Source of the DNA: Marispirochaeta sp.
GTDB taxonomy: Bacteria > Spirochaetota > Spirochaetia > JC444 > Marispirochaetaceae
Direction: 5' to 3'
Length of the DNA stretch: 64,000 bases
Assembly: GCA_963676835.2 (NCBI GenBank)
Contig: CAXXFF010000002.1
Span: 1,664,001-1,728,000, forward strand
Below the pieces are notes generated by a model. The model was not told the origin of the DNA, ran no database searches, and was given only the letters and a program-made list of their open reading frames with translations. This document shows, piece by piece, positions 49,166 to 58,406 of the stretch (position 1 is its first letter; every line of letters begins with the position of its first letter). Both the position numbers and the translations under genes were made by a program.

Positions 49166-49334
49166 GACTTTTTCCGCGAAGTCTAAAAATGGTTTTGTTT
49201 CCGTATCAACGTCTCCTGGCTGACGGATATCATCCGCCGCGCCTTCCCGGGGGTACCCAGTGGCATATGCGGCGGCTTTTCCGATCACAGTGACGGGATC
49301 GCGAAGGATTTGCACCTTCTTCCGTTAAATACAG
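49166..49334 (-). ncRNA. Cobalamin riboswitch
   Basis: Minus strand reads AACGGAAGAAGGTGCAAATCCTTCGCGATCCCGTCACTGTGA...GCCACTGGG...GGGAAGGC...AGCCAGGAGAC. Closing helix CTGTATTTAACG/CGTTGATACGG; downstream hairpin GACTT-CGCGGAAA-AAGTC. Confidence 0.9.
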
Positions 49335-49340
49335 TAAGCA

Positions 49341-49369
49341 ATAGTATCATGGTGAAAGACGGGGAGCAA
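49341..49369 (-). promoter_or_regulatory. Sigma70 promoter of the B12 operon
   Basis: TTGCTC-N17-TACTAT with an extended TG; predicted start near the riboswitch 5' end. Confidence 0.6.
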
Positions 49370-49431
49370 TATGATCACTGGTATGGTAGGTGTAAGTGGG
49401 TAAGAAAATACCATGGATAGTATAATAGTTG

Positions 49432-49468
49432 TACCCGGATGCATCTGTTACCGGTATGCATCCGGGTA
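49432..49468. terminator. 13-bp stem hairpin after the BspA-like gene
   Basis: TACCCGGATGCAT-N11-ATGCATCCGGGTA; no clear U-tract. Confidence 0.5.
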
Positions 49469-49489
49469 TGGGCTAATTTGTGTTTCTGC

Positions 49490-50566
49490 TCAGTTCCAAC
49501 TGGGATAGGGGTGGAATGCTTCCCTCAGGAGTGACCCAGAACTGAATGCTGTATGATCGATAGGGCGTTCGACTGTTCCTGTTTCCGGAACATGTTCGCT
49601 CCAGGAGGAGATATCCTGGTCGAAGGCCTCTGTGCCGTAGAACATCCAGCTCATATCTGTAGCACTGTCGGGGCTCCAACCGCCGATATCCTGACTGAAC
49701 TGTTCATTCTGAAAAAACATCTGTTCAAAATCCTCAACCTTAGAAACATCCCAGCTGCCGATATCATGATCGAAGAGGGTATCAGAGAACATGCAGCGCA
49801 TGGTGGTAACTGCCCCGGTTTTCCAGTTGGAGAGATCCTGATCAAAGGCTGATGCCCCGGCAAACATGGCTTCCATGGAGGTTACCTTCTGTACATCCCA
49901 TGCTGAGATATCTCCATTAAAGGTTGATGCTCCGTAGAACATGAAGTACATGTTTTCCACATTACCTACATTCCAGGTTGAGAGATTCTGGTTGAACCCG
50001 CTTACCCCGTCAAACATGAAACCCATGGTGGTGACATTGCTGACGTCCCAGCCGGATATGTCCTGATTGAAGCTGGTATTGCCGACGCAGAGCTGATGCA
50101 TGTTCGTTATTTCCGAGGTGTCCACCCGGGTGACGTCTTCGTCGTTGTTGATCATGGCTTTCAGCTGGTCGAAGTTGACGGTCATTTTCACAACAACGGT
50201 GTAGTCTGAAGTGTCACCGCTTTCAGCGGTGACGGTGTAGATAACATCCCCGGAGAAATTGTTTTCGGTGATGCCGGATTCCTGGGGTGTGAGGCCTACG
50301 GCTGCGCTTTCTCCTGCCAGAGTGAAGGATGCAATAAGGGCTGTATAGTCTGTGCCGTAGGGAACTCTGAGCAGGATGGTTTCGTCGGTGATTGTTCCAA
50401 TTACATCGCCAGACAGTTCCGATGGGTTGTCGGCAGCGGTAAAAGTGAAGGCTGTTATTGCGGATGAGCTTGATGGACCGGGAGTCGCTCCGGTACCTGC
50501 CTCCTCGCAGCTGGTCACCAGCAATAGTGTTGCTAAAACTGATAGTAGAGATATGATTTTTTTCAT
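49490..50566 (-). CDS. BspA/DUF285-type repeat surface lipoprotein with N-terminal Ig/cadherin-like domain
   Basis: Lipobox LVTS-C; YTVTAESG..DYTVVV; about six 25-aa repeats of the type FNQDISGWDVSNVTTMGFMF. Confidence 0.85.
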   Translation of the reverse strand: MKKIISLLSVLATLLLVTSCEEAGTGATPGPSSSSAITAFTFTAADNPSELSGDVIGTITDETILLRVPYGTDYTALIASFTLAGESAAVGLTPQESGITENNFSGDVIYTVTAESGDTSDYTVVVKMTVNFDQLKAMINNDEDVTRVDTSEITNMHQLCVGNTSFNQDISGWDVSNVTTMGFMFDGVSGFNQNLSTWNVGNVENMYFMFYGASTFNGDISAWDVQKVTSMEAMFAGASAFDQDLSNWKTGAVTTMRCMFSDTLFDHDIGSWDVSKVEDFEQMFFQNEQFSQDIGGWSPDSATDMSWMFYGTEAFDQDISSWSEHVPETGTVERPIDHTAFSSGSLLREAFHPYPSWN

Positions 50567-50631
50567 GCAATTTTCTCCTTGCGTTGATTGATGCTGCAGA
50601 ATGTATCCCGGATCCGGCCTGATTTTTCAGG

Positions 50632-50655
50632 TAAAAAGTCCATATGGACTTTTTA
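50632..50655. repeat. Perfect 24-bp palindrome
   Basis: TAAAAAGTCCATATGGACTTTTTA, flanked by TTTCAGG / CCTGAAA. Confidence 0.8.
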
Positions 50656-50685
50656 TGTTGCCTGAAATGCTTTCTACTGCCTGCC

Positions 50686-50784
50686 GCGTTACGGATTGGA
50701 GGGGCGCCGGCAGGCGGTGCGGAGCACGGGACCCCCGCAAAGCCGGACCGCTGACGCTCCGGAGGGGCGGCAGGGGTAACGCCC
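50686..50784 (+). ncRNA. GC-rich structured intergenic element, Flavo-1-like
   Basis: CGG-ATTGGA-GGGG...CCCC-CGCAAAG-CCGGACC...GGGGTAACGCCC, with outer pairing GCGTTAC/GTAACGC. Confidence 0.4.
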
Positions 50785-50811
50785 GGAAGATGTTTGAAAA
50801 GCTGTATCCCA

Positions 50812-50840
50812 TTGACAGACGGGTATATAAGGCGTACTCT
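50812..50840 (+). promoter_or_regulatory. Sigma70 promoter of prfC
   Basis: TTGACA-N17-TACTCT. Confidence 0.6.
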
Positions 50841-50885
50841 ATGCACTACCTCAGAACCCCATTTTTCCCATAGGTACGTTTAATT

Positions 50886-52520
50886 ATGCCGAATCAGAAT
50901 ACTGCAAGAGAGGGAAGTATCTCTCCGCTACAGCAGGAAATAGATAAACGACTCACGTTCGCCATCATCTCTCACCCGGATGCGGGTAAGACCACCATTA
51001 CCGAGAAGCTGCTGCTTTTTGGAGGGGCTATTCATATGGCCGGGGCGGTTAAGAGCAAGAAGAATGCCCGGCAAACGGTTTCCGACTTTATGAAGATGGA
51101 GCAGGAGAGGGGTATTTCGATTTCCACCTCGGTTATGGGCTTTCATTACCGGGACCGCCTGGTGAATCTGCTGGATACTCCCGGGCACGCCGACTTTTCC
51201 GAGGATACCTACCGGACTTTGACGGCGGTGGACTCGGTGCTGATGGTGATCGACTCGGTGAAGGGTGTGGAGGAACGGACCCGGAAGCTCTGCGAGGTCT
51301 GTAAGATGCGCAGGACGCCGATTATCACTTTCTTAAACAAGTACGACCGGGAAGGCAAGGAGGCCATTGAGCTTCTGGACGAGGTTGAGGCTGAGCTGAA
51401 CATCAAGGCCTGCCCCATGAGCTGGCCGGTGGGACAGGGAAACTCCTTTAAGGGTGTGTACAGCATTTACGAAAAGAAGCTGATTCTCTTTAAGCCCCAC
51501 GATGTGCAGCAGGTTGAGAGTTCCATCGAGATAAAGAGTCTTGATGATCCTCTTCTGGACGAGAAGCTTGGTTCTCTTGCGGACAAGCTGCGTGAGGAGC
51601 TGGATCTGGTTTTAGGGGTGTACCCTGAGTTTAATCTGGATGAGTACCTTGCCGGGACCATTACGCCGACTTTTTTCGGTTCTGCTTTGAACAACTTCGG
51701 TGTCCGGGAGCTTCTGGATGCTTTTATTGATATTGCACCGGCTCCCCGGAGTCAGGAGGCAAAGGAGCGGGTGGTTGCGCCCGGGGAGGAGAAGTTCTCC
51801 GGGCTGATTTTCAAGATTCACGCCAATCTTGATCCCAACCACCGGGACAGGATTGCCTTTATGCGCATCTGTTCCGGTACTTTTGAGCGGAACAAGCTGT
51901 ATCATCATGTACGGTCGGGAAAAAGTTTCCGCTCCGCCAACCCCACGGCCTTTATGGCCCAGGACCGGAGTATTATCGACAATGCCTTTCCCGGCGACAT
52001 TATCGGCCTGCACGATACGGGAACCCTGAAGATCGGCGATACTATTACCGAGGGCGAGAGCCTTGAGTATACCGGGATTCCCAGCTTTGCTCCCCAGATT
52101 TTCCGGCAGGTGATAAATCTTGAGCCCATGCGCAGCAAGCAGCTGAACAAGGGGCTTGAGCAGCTTACCGAAGAGGGGGTTGCCCAGCTCTTTATTAAGG
52201 AGCACACCCAGGACAAGCTGCTGGGGGTTGTGGGTATGCTGCAGTTTGAGGTTATTGCCCACCGCCTGCAGGAGGAGTATAAGGCTTCCGTACGCTTTGA
52301 GCCGGTGGAATACGGCGGGGCGGCCTGGATAGACGCGGATAACGAGAAGGTGCTGAATGATTTCCTGCGCTTTCACGGTAATAATGTGGCCTTTGACCGT
52401 GATGGGGAGCGGGTATTTCTATACCGCAACCAGTGGGCGGCGGCCCGGGCCATGGATGAGAATCCGGGGGTACGCTTCTATTTTACTTCGGATAAAAAAG
52501 AGCTGCTGAAAGCCCATTAG
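50886..52520 (+). CDS. prfC: Peptide chain release factor 3
   Basis: HPDAGKTT, ERGISI, DTPGHADFSEDTYR and RDRIAF motifs. Confidence 0.98.
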   Translation: MPNQNTAREGSISPLQQEIDKRLTFAIISHPDAGKTTITEKLLLFGGAIHMAGAVKSKKNARQTVSDFMKMEQERGISISTSVMGFHYRDRLVNLLDTPGHADFSEDTYRTLTAVDSVLMVIDSVKGVEERTRKLCEVCKMRRTPIITFLNKYDREGKEAIELLDEVEAELNIKACPMSWPVGQGNSFKGVYSIYEKKLILFKPHDVQQVESSIEIKSLDDPLLDEKLGSLADKLREELDLVLGVYPEFNLDEYLAGTITPTFFGSALNNFGVRELLDAFIDIAPAPRSQEAKERVVAPGEEKFSGLIFKIHANLDPNHRDRIAFMRICSGTFERNKLYHHVRSGKSFRSANPTAFMAQDRSIIDNAFPGDIIGLHDTGTLKIGDTITEGESLEYTGIPSFAPQIFRQVINLEPMRSKQLNKGLEQLTEEGVAQLFIKEHTQDKLLGVVGMLQFEVIAHRLQEEYKASVRFEPVEYGGAAWIDADNEKVLNDFLRFHGNNVAFDRDGERVFLYRNQWAAARAMDENPGVRFYFTSDKKELLKAH

Positions 52521-52671
52521 ACCGGGGGTTAGCAGTATCTTTATTATAAAGATACTTTCTATAGATACTTCAGGGGCGCGGTAAAATGCGGTTTGAATGA
52601 GTGTCTTGTAGAGATATAGAAAAAGTTTACCTGTTTTAACGAAGGGAAAGGGAAATTTTAGGAGGAATCCA

Positions 52672-52995
52672 ATGAAACATACAGACATTATGCGCATGGA
52701 GCGCGAGAAGAGGCGGGCAGAAAAAAAATCCGACCGCCTGATGAAGGGCGGGGCAGATGCCCGTTCGGTAAAGGATTTTATCGACGAACTGCACGATCTG
52801 TTTTTCTTTGATGAGAACAAGATCTACAACATTAAGGATAATGTTGAGATTATGGAACTCTTTGAAGATATGATGGAAGAGATTTCCGATAAGCAGTGGG
52901 ATAATGTTCTTCGCAAAGCGATCCGAAAGGCAAAGGTTGCCCAGAAGGACGAGGCCTACAACGAGCTGAAGGCTATTTTCGACGAGCTGAGCTGA
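52672..52995 (+). CDS. Hypothetical protein
   Basis: Strong AGGAGG RBS; helical, charged 107-aa ORF. Confidence 0.75.
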   Translation: MKHTDIMRMEREKRRAEKKSDRLMKGGADARSVKDFIDELHDLFFFDENKIYNIKDNVEIMELFEDMMEEISDKQWDNVLRKAIRKAKVAQKDEAYNELKAIFDELS

Positions 52996-53040
52996 TATTA
53001 TCGGTAGAAAGCAGAGAGCTGAAAGTATTGGTAGATAGTA

Positions 53041-54234
53041 TCACCGTATCTGCAAGAGCAGACCTTTCAGGTATTCACCTTCCGGCTGAAAGATATTGAT
53101 TGGATGATCAGCCGGCTGGGTGAGTCTTCCCAGCACCCGGATGCTGCGGCCCGCTTCGATGGCCGCGGCCCGGACTGCTCCTTCAAAAAGTTCCTGACCG
53201 ACAACCTGACTGCAGGAGAAGGTAAGCACCAGTCCTCCTGCCGGAATAACCCCGAAAGCGGCCTGATTGAGCCGTTTGTACCCCTGCACCGCCTGGTGTC
53301 GGGCGCTTTTATGTTTGGCGAAGGCCGGCGGATCAAGAATTATAAGATCAAACTCACTGCCTCTGTCTCTAAGTACGGGATACACCTCGCTGCGTGCGCT
53401 TTCGTGGCGTTCCGCTCCGCTGTTGAGCTTGAGGTTCTCTTCCAGCATGTCCATGGCGTGGGCTGAGGAGTCTACGGAGAGTACTTTCTCTGCACCTGAT
53501 TTCAGAGCGTAGATGGAAAAGCCTCCGGAGTAGCTGAAGGCGTTGAGCACCTTCTTTCCTTCCGCAAGACTGCCTAAAAGGGCCCTGTTGTCCCGCTGAT
53601 CCAGAAAGAAGCCGGTTTTCTGGCCCTCTTCCCAGTTTACCCGGAAGGTATGGCCGTTTTCCTGTATGTCTGCGGCGGGGAAGGGTTCTCCTTCGGTATA
53701 GAGGTAGCGGTTTTCAATTTCCCCCAGTTTCCGTCCTCCCAGGGTTCCGGCAGATTTGTCGTACACCTGTTTTAACCCCTCACCGATTACCTCTTTCAGG
53801 CTGTCGGCGATAAGTTCCGCATTGCGGTAGATGCCGTAACTGTGGGCCTGGATAACGGCGGTGCCCTTGTACCAGTCGACTATTAAACCGGGGATGCCGT
53901 CGCCGTCGCCGTGAACCAGGCGGAAGGCGTTTGTCTTATCTGAGCCGGTGAGCCTTAGGGATGAGCGCAGTTTCCAGGCTTCGCTCAGCTTTTTTATAAA
54001 CAGCTCCCGCCCGATGGCTTCGCCCTTGAAGCTGAGAATACGTACGGCGATGCTGCCCCCTTCATAGAAGCCTGTGCCCAGGAGGTCGCCGTTGGCGGCA
54101 TGTACCGCGATGGTGTCGCCGGGTTGGGGATCACCTTCTGTGCGGCTGACTGCTCCGGAAAATATCCAGGGGTGAAAGCGGCGGACTGATGCGTCCTTGC
54201 CTTTTTTTAAGATGAGTTTACAATTCTCGCTCAT
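53041..54234 (-). CDS. rlmI: RlmI-family rRNA m5C methyltransferase
   Basis: HPWIFSG, GQKTGFFLDQR, LDPPAF and FSCS motifs. Confidence 0.88.
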   Translation of the reverse strand: MSENCKLILKKGKDASVRRFHPWIFSGAVSRTEGDPQPGDTIAVHAANGDLLGTGFYEGGSIAVRILSFKGEAIGRELFIKKLSEAWKLRSSLRLTGSDKTNAFRLVHGDGDGIPGLIVDWYKGTAVIQAHSYGIYRNAELIADSLKEVIGEGLKQVYDKSAGTLGGRKLGEIENRYLYTEGEPFPAADIQENGHTFRVNWEEGQKTGFFLDQRDNRALLGSLAEGKKVLNAFSYSGGFSIYALKSGAEKVLSVDSSAHAMDMLEENLKLNSGAERHESARSEVYPVLRDRGSEFDLIILDPPAFAKHKSARHQAVQGYKRLNQAAFGVIPAGGLVLTFSCSQVVGQELFEGAVRAAAIEAGRSIRVLGRLTQPADHPINIFQPEGEYLKGLLLQIR

Positions 54235-54270
54235 GGCAAAATCCTTGTGTATACAGCTGATGTCTGGCAG

Positions 54271-56286
54271 CTACTGAATATTCATTACCGAGGGAATGGT
54301 GCGGATGCTTTTAAGAACGGTTTTAAAGTCCTCTTTTCTGTCCAGCTCCATGGTGAAGAATCCGGTAAGGTTGCCCCGGTCGTTTTCTTCAACCTTTCCT
54401 TCTATGAGGTGTCCTTTGTATTTGCGTACCGCCCCTTCGATTTCGGAAAAGAGGTCCGAGGTCATTCTGGCGGTAATCTGAAAGCGCCGTGTTGCCCTTG
54501 GGGTGGAGGCTTCCCATTCCACCTCAACACTGCGCACGTCGAACTCGTTTATGCCTGCCAGGTTCGGGCAGTCTTTGCGGTGAACTATAATGCCGCGCCC
54601 CCGGGATATATAGCCGATAATCTCGTCCCCGGTGGTGGGCATGCAGCACTTGGCCATGGTGATCATCATGTTGCGCTCGCCGCCGATTTTGAAGGCTACT
54701 TTGGACTGGTCGACAATCTGCTTGATAACTGCTTCGGTTGTCTCTTCCGCCTTTTCCTCTTCCGGCGGTCCCGGTACTTCCGGCTCCTGACGCTTTTTGG
54801 CGATGATGTTCTTGTCAATGATCAGGCTGTCATCGTGGGCATTGAGCCAGTGCCGTATTTTTCCCTTGGCCCGGGAGGTTTTTACAAACTTCAGCCAGTT
54901 TACATGGGGATGGGCGGTGTTGTTGGTCATTATGTCCACCACCTGGGTATTCTTCAGCTCCGTGTTGAGGGAGATGATTGAGCCGTCAGCCTTGGCTCCC
55001 AGGCAGTGATTGCCCACTTCGGTGTGGATGTGATAGGCAAAATCCAGGGCGGTTGCCCCCTTGGGCATTTCGATAATGTCGCCCCGGGGGGTAAACACAT
55101 AGATGGTGTCCCGGAGGAGTTCGCTCTTGATTTCTGTAAGAAATTCCGAGGAGGTATAGCCCTTGCCGTTGAGGCTTTTCAGTTTGCTTATTATAGCCAG
55201 ATCGGCATGCTGGATGCGGTCCTTGTTCTGTCCTCTTTTATAGGCCCAGTGGGCGGCGATTCCCATTTCCGCTGTGGCATGCATGGCGTGGGTACGGATC
55301 TGGATCTCCAGCTGTTTGCCTCCCCAGCACATTACCGTTGTATGCAGGCTCTGATACTGGTTTGATTTGGGCATGGCTATATAGTCTTTAAAGCGTCCTT
55401 CGATGGGGGGCCAGAGTTTATGCACAAGCCCTAAGAGGGTGTAGCACTCACTGGTTGTATCGCAGAGAATCCTCAGGCCGAGAAGGTCGTGGATTTCGTT
55501 AAAGCTTTTCTGCCGGCGGCGCATTTTGTTGTAGATGGAATAGAAGTGCTTGGCCCGGCTGTAGACGTCTATTTTAATGCCCTCTTTGCTGGCCTGCTGC
55601 TGGATGGTGCGTTCCACCTTTTTGAGGTAGTCAGCCCGTTTCCGCTTCTTCTCGGTCATGGCTTCTTTTATCTGGGTATAGACCTGGGGGTGCAGGTGTT
55701 TGAGGGCAAGGTCTTCCAGTTCGATTTTCATCCAGGAGATACCGAGCCGGTCCGCCAGGGGTGCGTAGATATCCAGACACTCCTGGGCTATGCGTTTGCG
55801 CTTTTCTTCCGGCAGGTACTCCAGGGTGCTCATGTTGTGGAGCTTATCGGCGAGTTTTATCAGGATAACCCGGATGTCCTTGGTCATGGCAAAGAGCATT
55901 TTGCGGATGGTTTCCGCTCCCTGAACGCTCTTGCTCTTTGCACGCAGGATAGAGATCTTGGTTACGCCGTTAACCAGAGAGACAACTTCCTTGCCGAAAC
56001 GGCGCTGCATCTCTTTTTTCGAGCCTTCTGTATCTTCCAGAACATCATGGAGCAGGGCGGCGATAATAGCTTCGCAGTCCATTTCAAGCTGAATGAGAAT
56101 TTCCGCTACATGCAGGGGGTGGACATAGTAGGGCTCGCCGGAGGCTCGCTTCTGGTCGCCGTGGAGTTCATGACCCCACTCGACAGCTTCAATTATTTTG
56201 TCCTGTTCTTTTTCTGAGTAGCGTTCGAGTTTTTGTCGAAACTGCTGAATCTGTGCTTCCATGGTCCCTTGTGCTGTAATCTCCAT
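54271..56286 (-). CDS. rel: Bifunctional (p)ppGpp synthetase/hydrolase
   Basis: HD domain (ALLHDVLED), RFKDYIAMPK, YQSLHT, TGS and ACT domains. Confidence 0.96.
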   Translation of the reverse strand: MEITAQGTMEAQIQQFRQKLERYSEKEQDKIIEAVEWGHELHGDQKRASGEPYYVHPLHVAEILIQLEMDCEAIIAALLHDVLEDTEGSKKEMQRRFGKEVVSLVNGVTKISILRAKSKSVQGAETIRKMLFAMTKDIRVILIKLADKLHNMSTLEYLPEEKRKRIAQECLDIYAPLADRLGISWMKIELEDLALKHLHPQVYTQIKEAMTEKKRKRADYLKKVERTIQQQASKEGIKIDVYSRAKHFYSIYNKMRRRQKSFNEIHDLLGLRILCDTTSECYTLLGLVHKLWPPIEGRFKDYIAMPKSNQYQSLHTTVMCWGGKQLEIQIRTHAMHATAEMGIAAHWAYKRGQNKDRIQHADLAIISKLKSLNGKGYTSSEFLTEIKSELLRDTIYVFTPRGDIIEMPKGATALDFAYHIHTEVGNHCLGAKADGSIISLNTELKNTQVVDIMTNNTAHPHVNWLKFVKTSRAKGKIRHWLNAHDDSLIIDKNIIAKKRQEPEVPGPPEEEKAEETTEAVIKQIVDQSKVAFKIGGERNMMITMAKCCMPTTGDEIIGYISRGRGIIVHRKDCPNLAGINEFDVRSVEVEWEASTPRATRRFQITARMTSDLFSEIEGAVRKYKGHLIEGKVEENDRGNLTGFFTMELDRKEDFKTVLKSIRTIPSVMNIQ

Positions 56287-56320
56287 GCTCTCTTATCGGC
56301 TTCCTTTTACAGGAAAACGC

Positions 56321-57151
56321 TTATCTGCAGCCCCGGGCATCCCGCGGCCGGCCGCTCAAGTCTTTAATTATGTCGACATCCCGGTAGCCGTACTTGACCA
56401 TGGTATCCGCAATCCGCGGTACCAGAGCGGGGGAAGCCTCTACTATAAGATAACCATTCTCGACAAGACGATCCATACTCTCTGTCAAAAGTCGGGGGAT
56501 GAGGGCGAAGCCGTCTTCTCCGCCGTCCAGAGCCAGTACCGGTTCCGGCCAGCCACGGCTGACCATTCCTTCAACGTAATCATGCTCAACGTAGGGCGGA
56601 TTACAGGTTATCAGATCGAAGGGGCCTTCCACGGCATAGAGCAGGTCGCTCACTTGTGCCGGGAGGGGCATTTTAAGGAGGGAGCGGAAGTTGAAGTCCG
56701 CAACCTCCAGGGCTTCCGGTGATATGTCGGAAACGGAAATTTCCAGCCCGGGGATTTCCGACTTGAGTGCTGCAGCAATGCAGCCGCTGCCGGTGCAGCT
56801 GTCGTGGACCCGGCTGAAGCGGGGGGTTGCCCGCAGTATACGCAGAGCCTCCTCCACCAGCACCTCAGTATCCGGCCGGGGGACCAGTACCCGGGAGTCC
56901 ACGTAGAACTCCATGTCCCAGAACTCCTTGCGGTTGCGGATGTAGGATACAGGTTCTCCCTTAAGACGCCGCTTGAGAAGTTCCCGGAAAAAACCTTCGG
57001 TCACCATGGGGACTTCGTCGGGAAGACTTGCCAGAAGCCGTTCCTTTGATACCCCGGAGGCGTGGCACAGCAGTACCAGGGCATCCAGATAGGGAGAGTC
57101 CGTTGATTCCAGCTCCCTGCTGGCGGATTGAAGAAGATCGCGGAATGTCAT
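56321..57151 (-). CDS. prmC: Release factor glutamine methyltransferase
   Basis: VLVPRPDTE, CTGSGCI and NPPY motifs. Confidence 0.95.
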   Translation of the reverse strand: MTFRDLLQSASRELESTDSPYLDALVLLCHASGVSKERLLASLPDEVPMVTEGFFRELLKRRLKGEPVSYIRNRKEFWDMEFYVDSRVLVPRPDTEVLVEEALRILRATPRFSRVHDSCTGSGCIAAALKSEIPGLEISVSDISPEALEVADFNFRSLLKMPLPAQVSDLLYAVEGPFDLITCNPPYVEHDYVEGMVSRGWPEPVLALDGGEDGFALIPRLLTESMDRLVENGYLIVEASPALVPRIADTMVKYGYRDVDIIKDLSGRPRDARGCR

Positions 57152-57160
57152 GTAAACAGA

Positions 57161-58231
57161 TCAGGAGGAAATGCTTTTAAGCATCTCTTCTCGTACGCTC
57201 ACCTTCAGGGATTCCAGCAGCTCTTCCATGGAGCCTTCTATAATGGAATCCAGCTTGTAGAGGGTAAGGTTGATGCGATGATCGGTTACCCGGTTCTGGG
57301 GGAAGTTGTAGGTTCGGATCCGCTCGGAGCGGTCTCCGGAGCCGATCTGGCTTTTTCTGGCTTCCGAGCGCTCCGCCTGTTTTCTGCTCTCTTCCGCTTC
57401 GAAAAGGCGGGCCCGCAATACCTTGAGTGCCTTTGCCTTGTTCTTGTGCTGGGACTTCTCATCCTGACAGGAGACAACCAGCCCGGTGGGAAGGTGGGTT
57501 ATACGGATAGCCGAATCGGTGGTGTTAACATGCTGTCCTCCAGCTCCCTGGGCGCGGAAGGTATCTATTCTCAGCTCGCTCTCGTTTACTTCGATATCCG
57601 TCTCTTCCGCTTCGGGAAGTACCGCCACGGTTACCGCGGAGGTATGGATACGTCCACCGGACTCGGTGGCGGGAACCCGCTGTACCCGGTGAACACCGCT
57701 CTCGTAGCGGAGGTTTTCATAGACGTTCTTCCCGCTGACGGTATAGACAATCTCCTTGAAGCCCCCCAGTTCCATCTGGTTGGATTCCATTATCTCGATT
57801 TTCCAGCCTTTGCCTTCGGCGAAGCGGGTGTACATCCGGTAGAGGTCGGCAGCGAAGAGGGCTGCTTCGTCTCCGCCGGTACCGGCCCGGATTTCCATGA
57901 TAATGTTCTTTGCATCCAGGGGATCTTTGGGGATAATCAGGAATTTGAGTTCCTGTTCCAGTTCTTCCAGCTGTTTTTCGAGGTCCGACAGCTCTTCTTT
58001 GGCCATCTCTTTCATTTCCGGATCGGTCTCGCTCTCGGCAAGCTCTTTGGCATCGGAGAATTCGCTTTTCAGCTCTTTATATCTGGTATATACACTAACG
58101 ATTTCGTTAACCTGGGAGTGCTCCTGCATCAGGTCCCGATACCGCTTTATATCTTTCATAATATCCGGATCGGAGATCAGGGTTTCCAGTTCTTTATGTC
58201 GCAGGACATACTCTTCCAGTTTATCAAACAT
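57161..58231 (-). CDS. prfA: Peptide chain release factor 1
   Basis: PAT anticodon motif and GGQ; start placed at MFDKLEE (ORF track gives 58255). Confidence 0.97.
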   Translation of the reverse strand: MFDKLEEYVLRHKELETLISDPDIMKDIKRYRDLMQEHSQVNEIVSVYTRYKELKSEFSDAKELAESETDPEMKEMAKEELSDLEKQLEELEQELKFLIIPKDPLDAKNIIMEIRAGTGGDEAALFAADLYRMYTRFAEGKGWKIEIMESNQMELGGFKEIVYTVSGKNVYENLRYESGVHRVQRVPATESGGRIHTSAVTVAVLPEAEETDIEVNESELRIDTFRAQGAGGQHVNTTDSAIRITHLPTGLVVSCQDEKSQHKNKAKALKVLRARLFEAEESRKQAERSEARKSQIGSGDRSERIRTYNFPQNRVTDHRINLTLYKLDSIIEGSMEELLESLKVSVREEMLKSISS

Positions 58232-58406
58232 AGGGCTTTCGCTCTCTCCTCTCACCGGCGGGCCGGAATGGGTACCGGATACATAGTGCGTTTATGAAGG
58301 TATAGAATAGCAGATCTTGAGGCCTGTATAAAGAGGTCTGGATATTCTCATATGGATGGTGGTATATTGAGCTTAAGTTAATCTTGTAAAACAGTAAGGA
58401 GATAAT

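Noticed and set aside
49560..50100. 75-nt periodicity as a possible CRISPR or DNA repeat array
   Set aside because: It is explained by degenerate 25-aa protein repeats; there are no identical repeats or cas genes.
50720..50785. c-di-GMP-I riboswitch suggested by GCAAAGCC...GGGGTAAC
   Set aside because: The P1 elements (GGCAAAC, GAAA tetraloop) are missing, and the stretch lies upstream of the prfC promoter.
50223..50873. ORFs spanning the BspA-prfC intergenic region
   Set aside because: They are open only because of the GC-rich structured element and are not protein-like.
57128..58297. 389-aa ORF antisense to prfA, and similar long shadow ORFs over rel, dnaK, prfC and the coiled-coil gene
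   Set aside because: They lie entirely opposite conserved genes and have no motifs; this is typical of codon-bias shadows.
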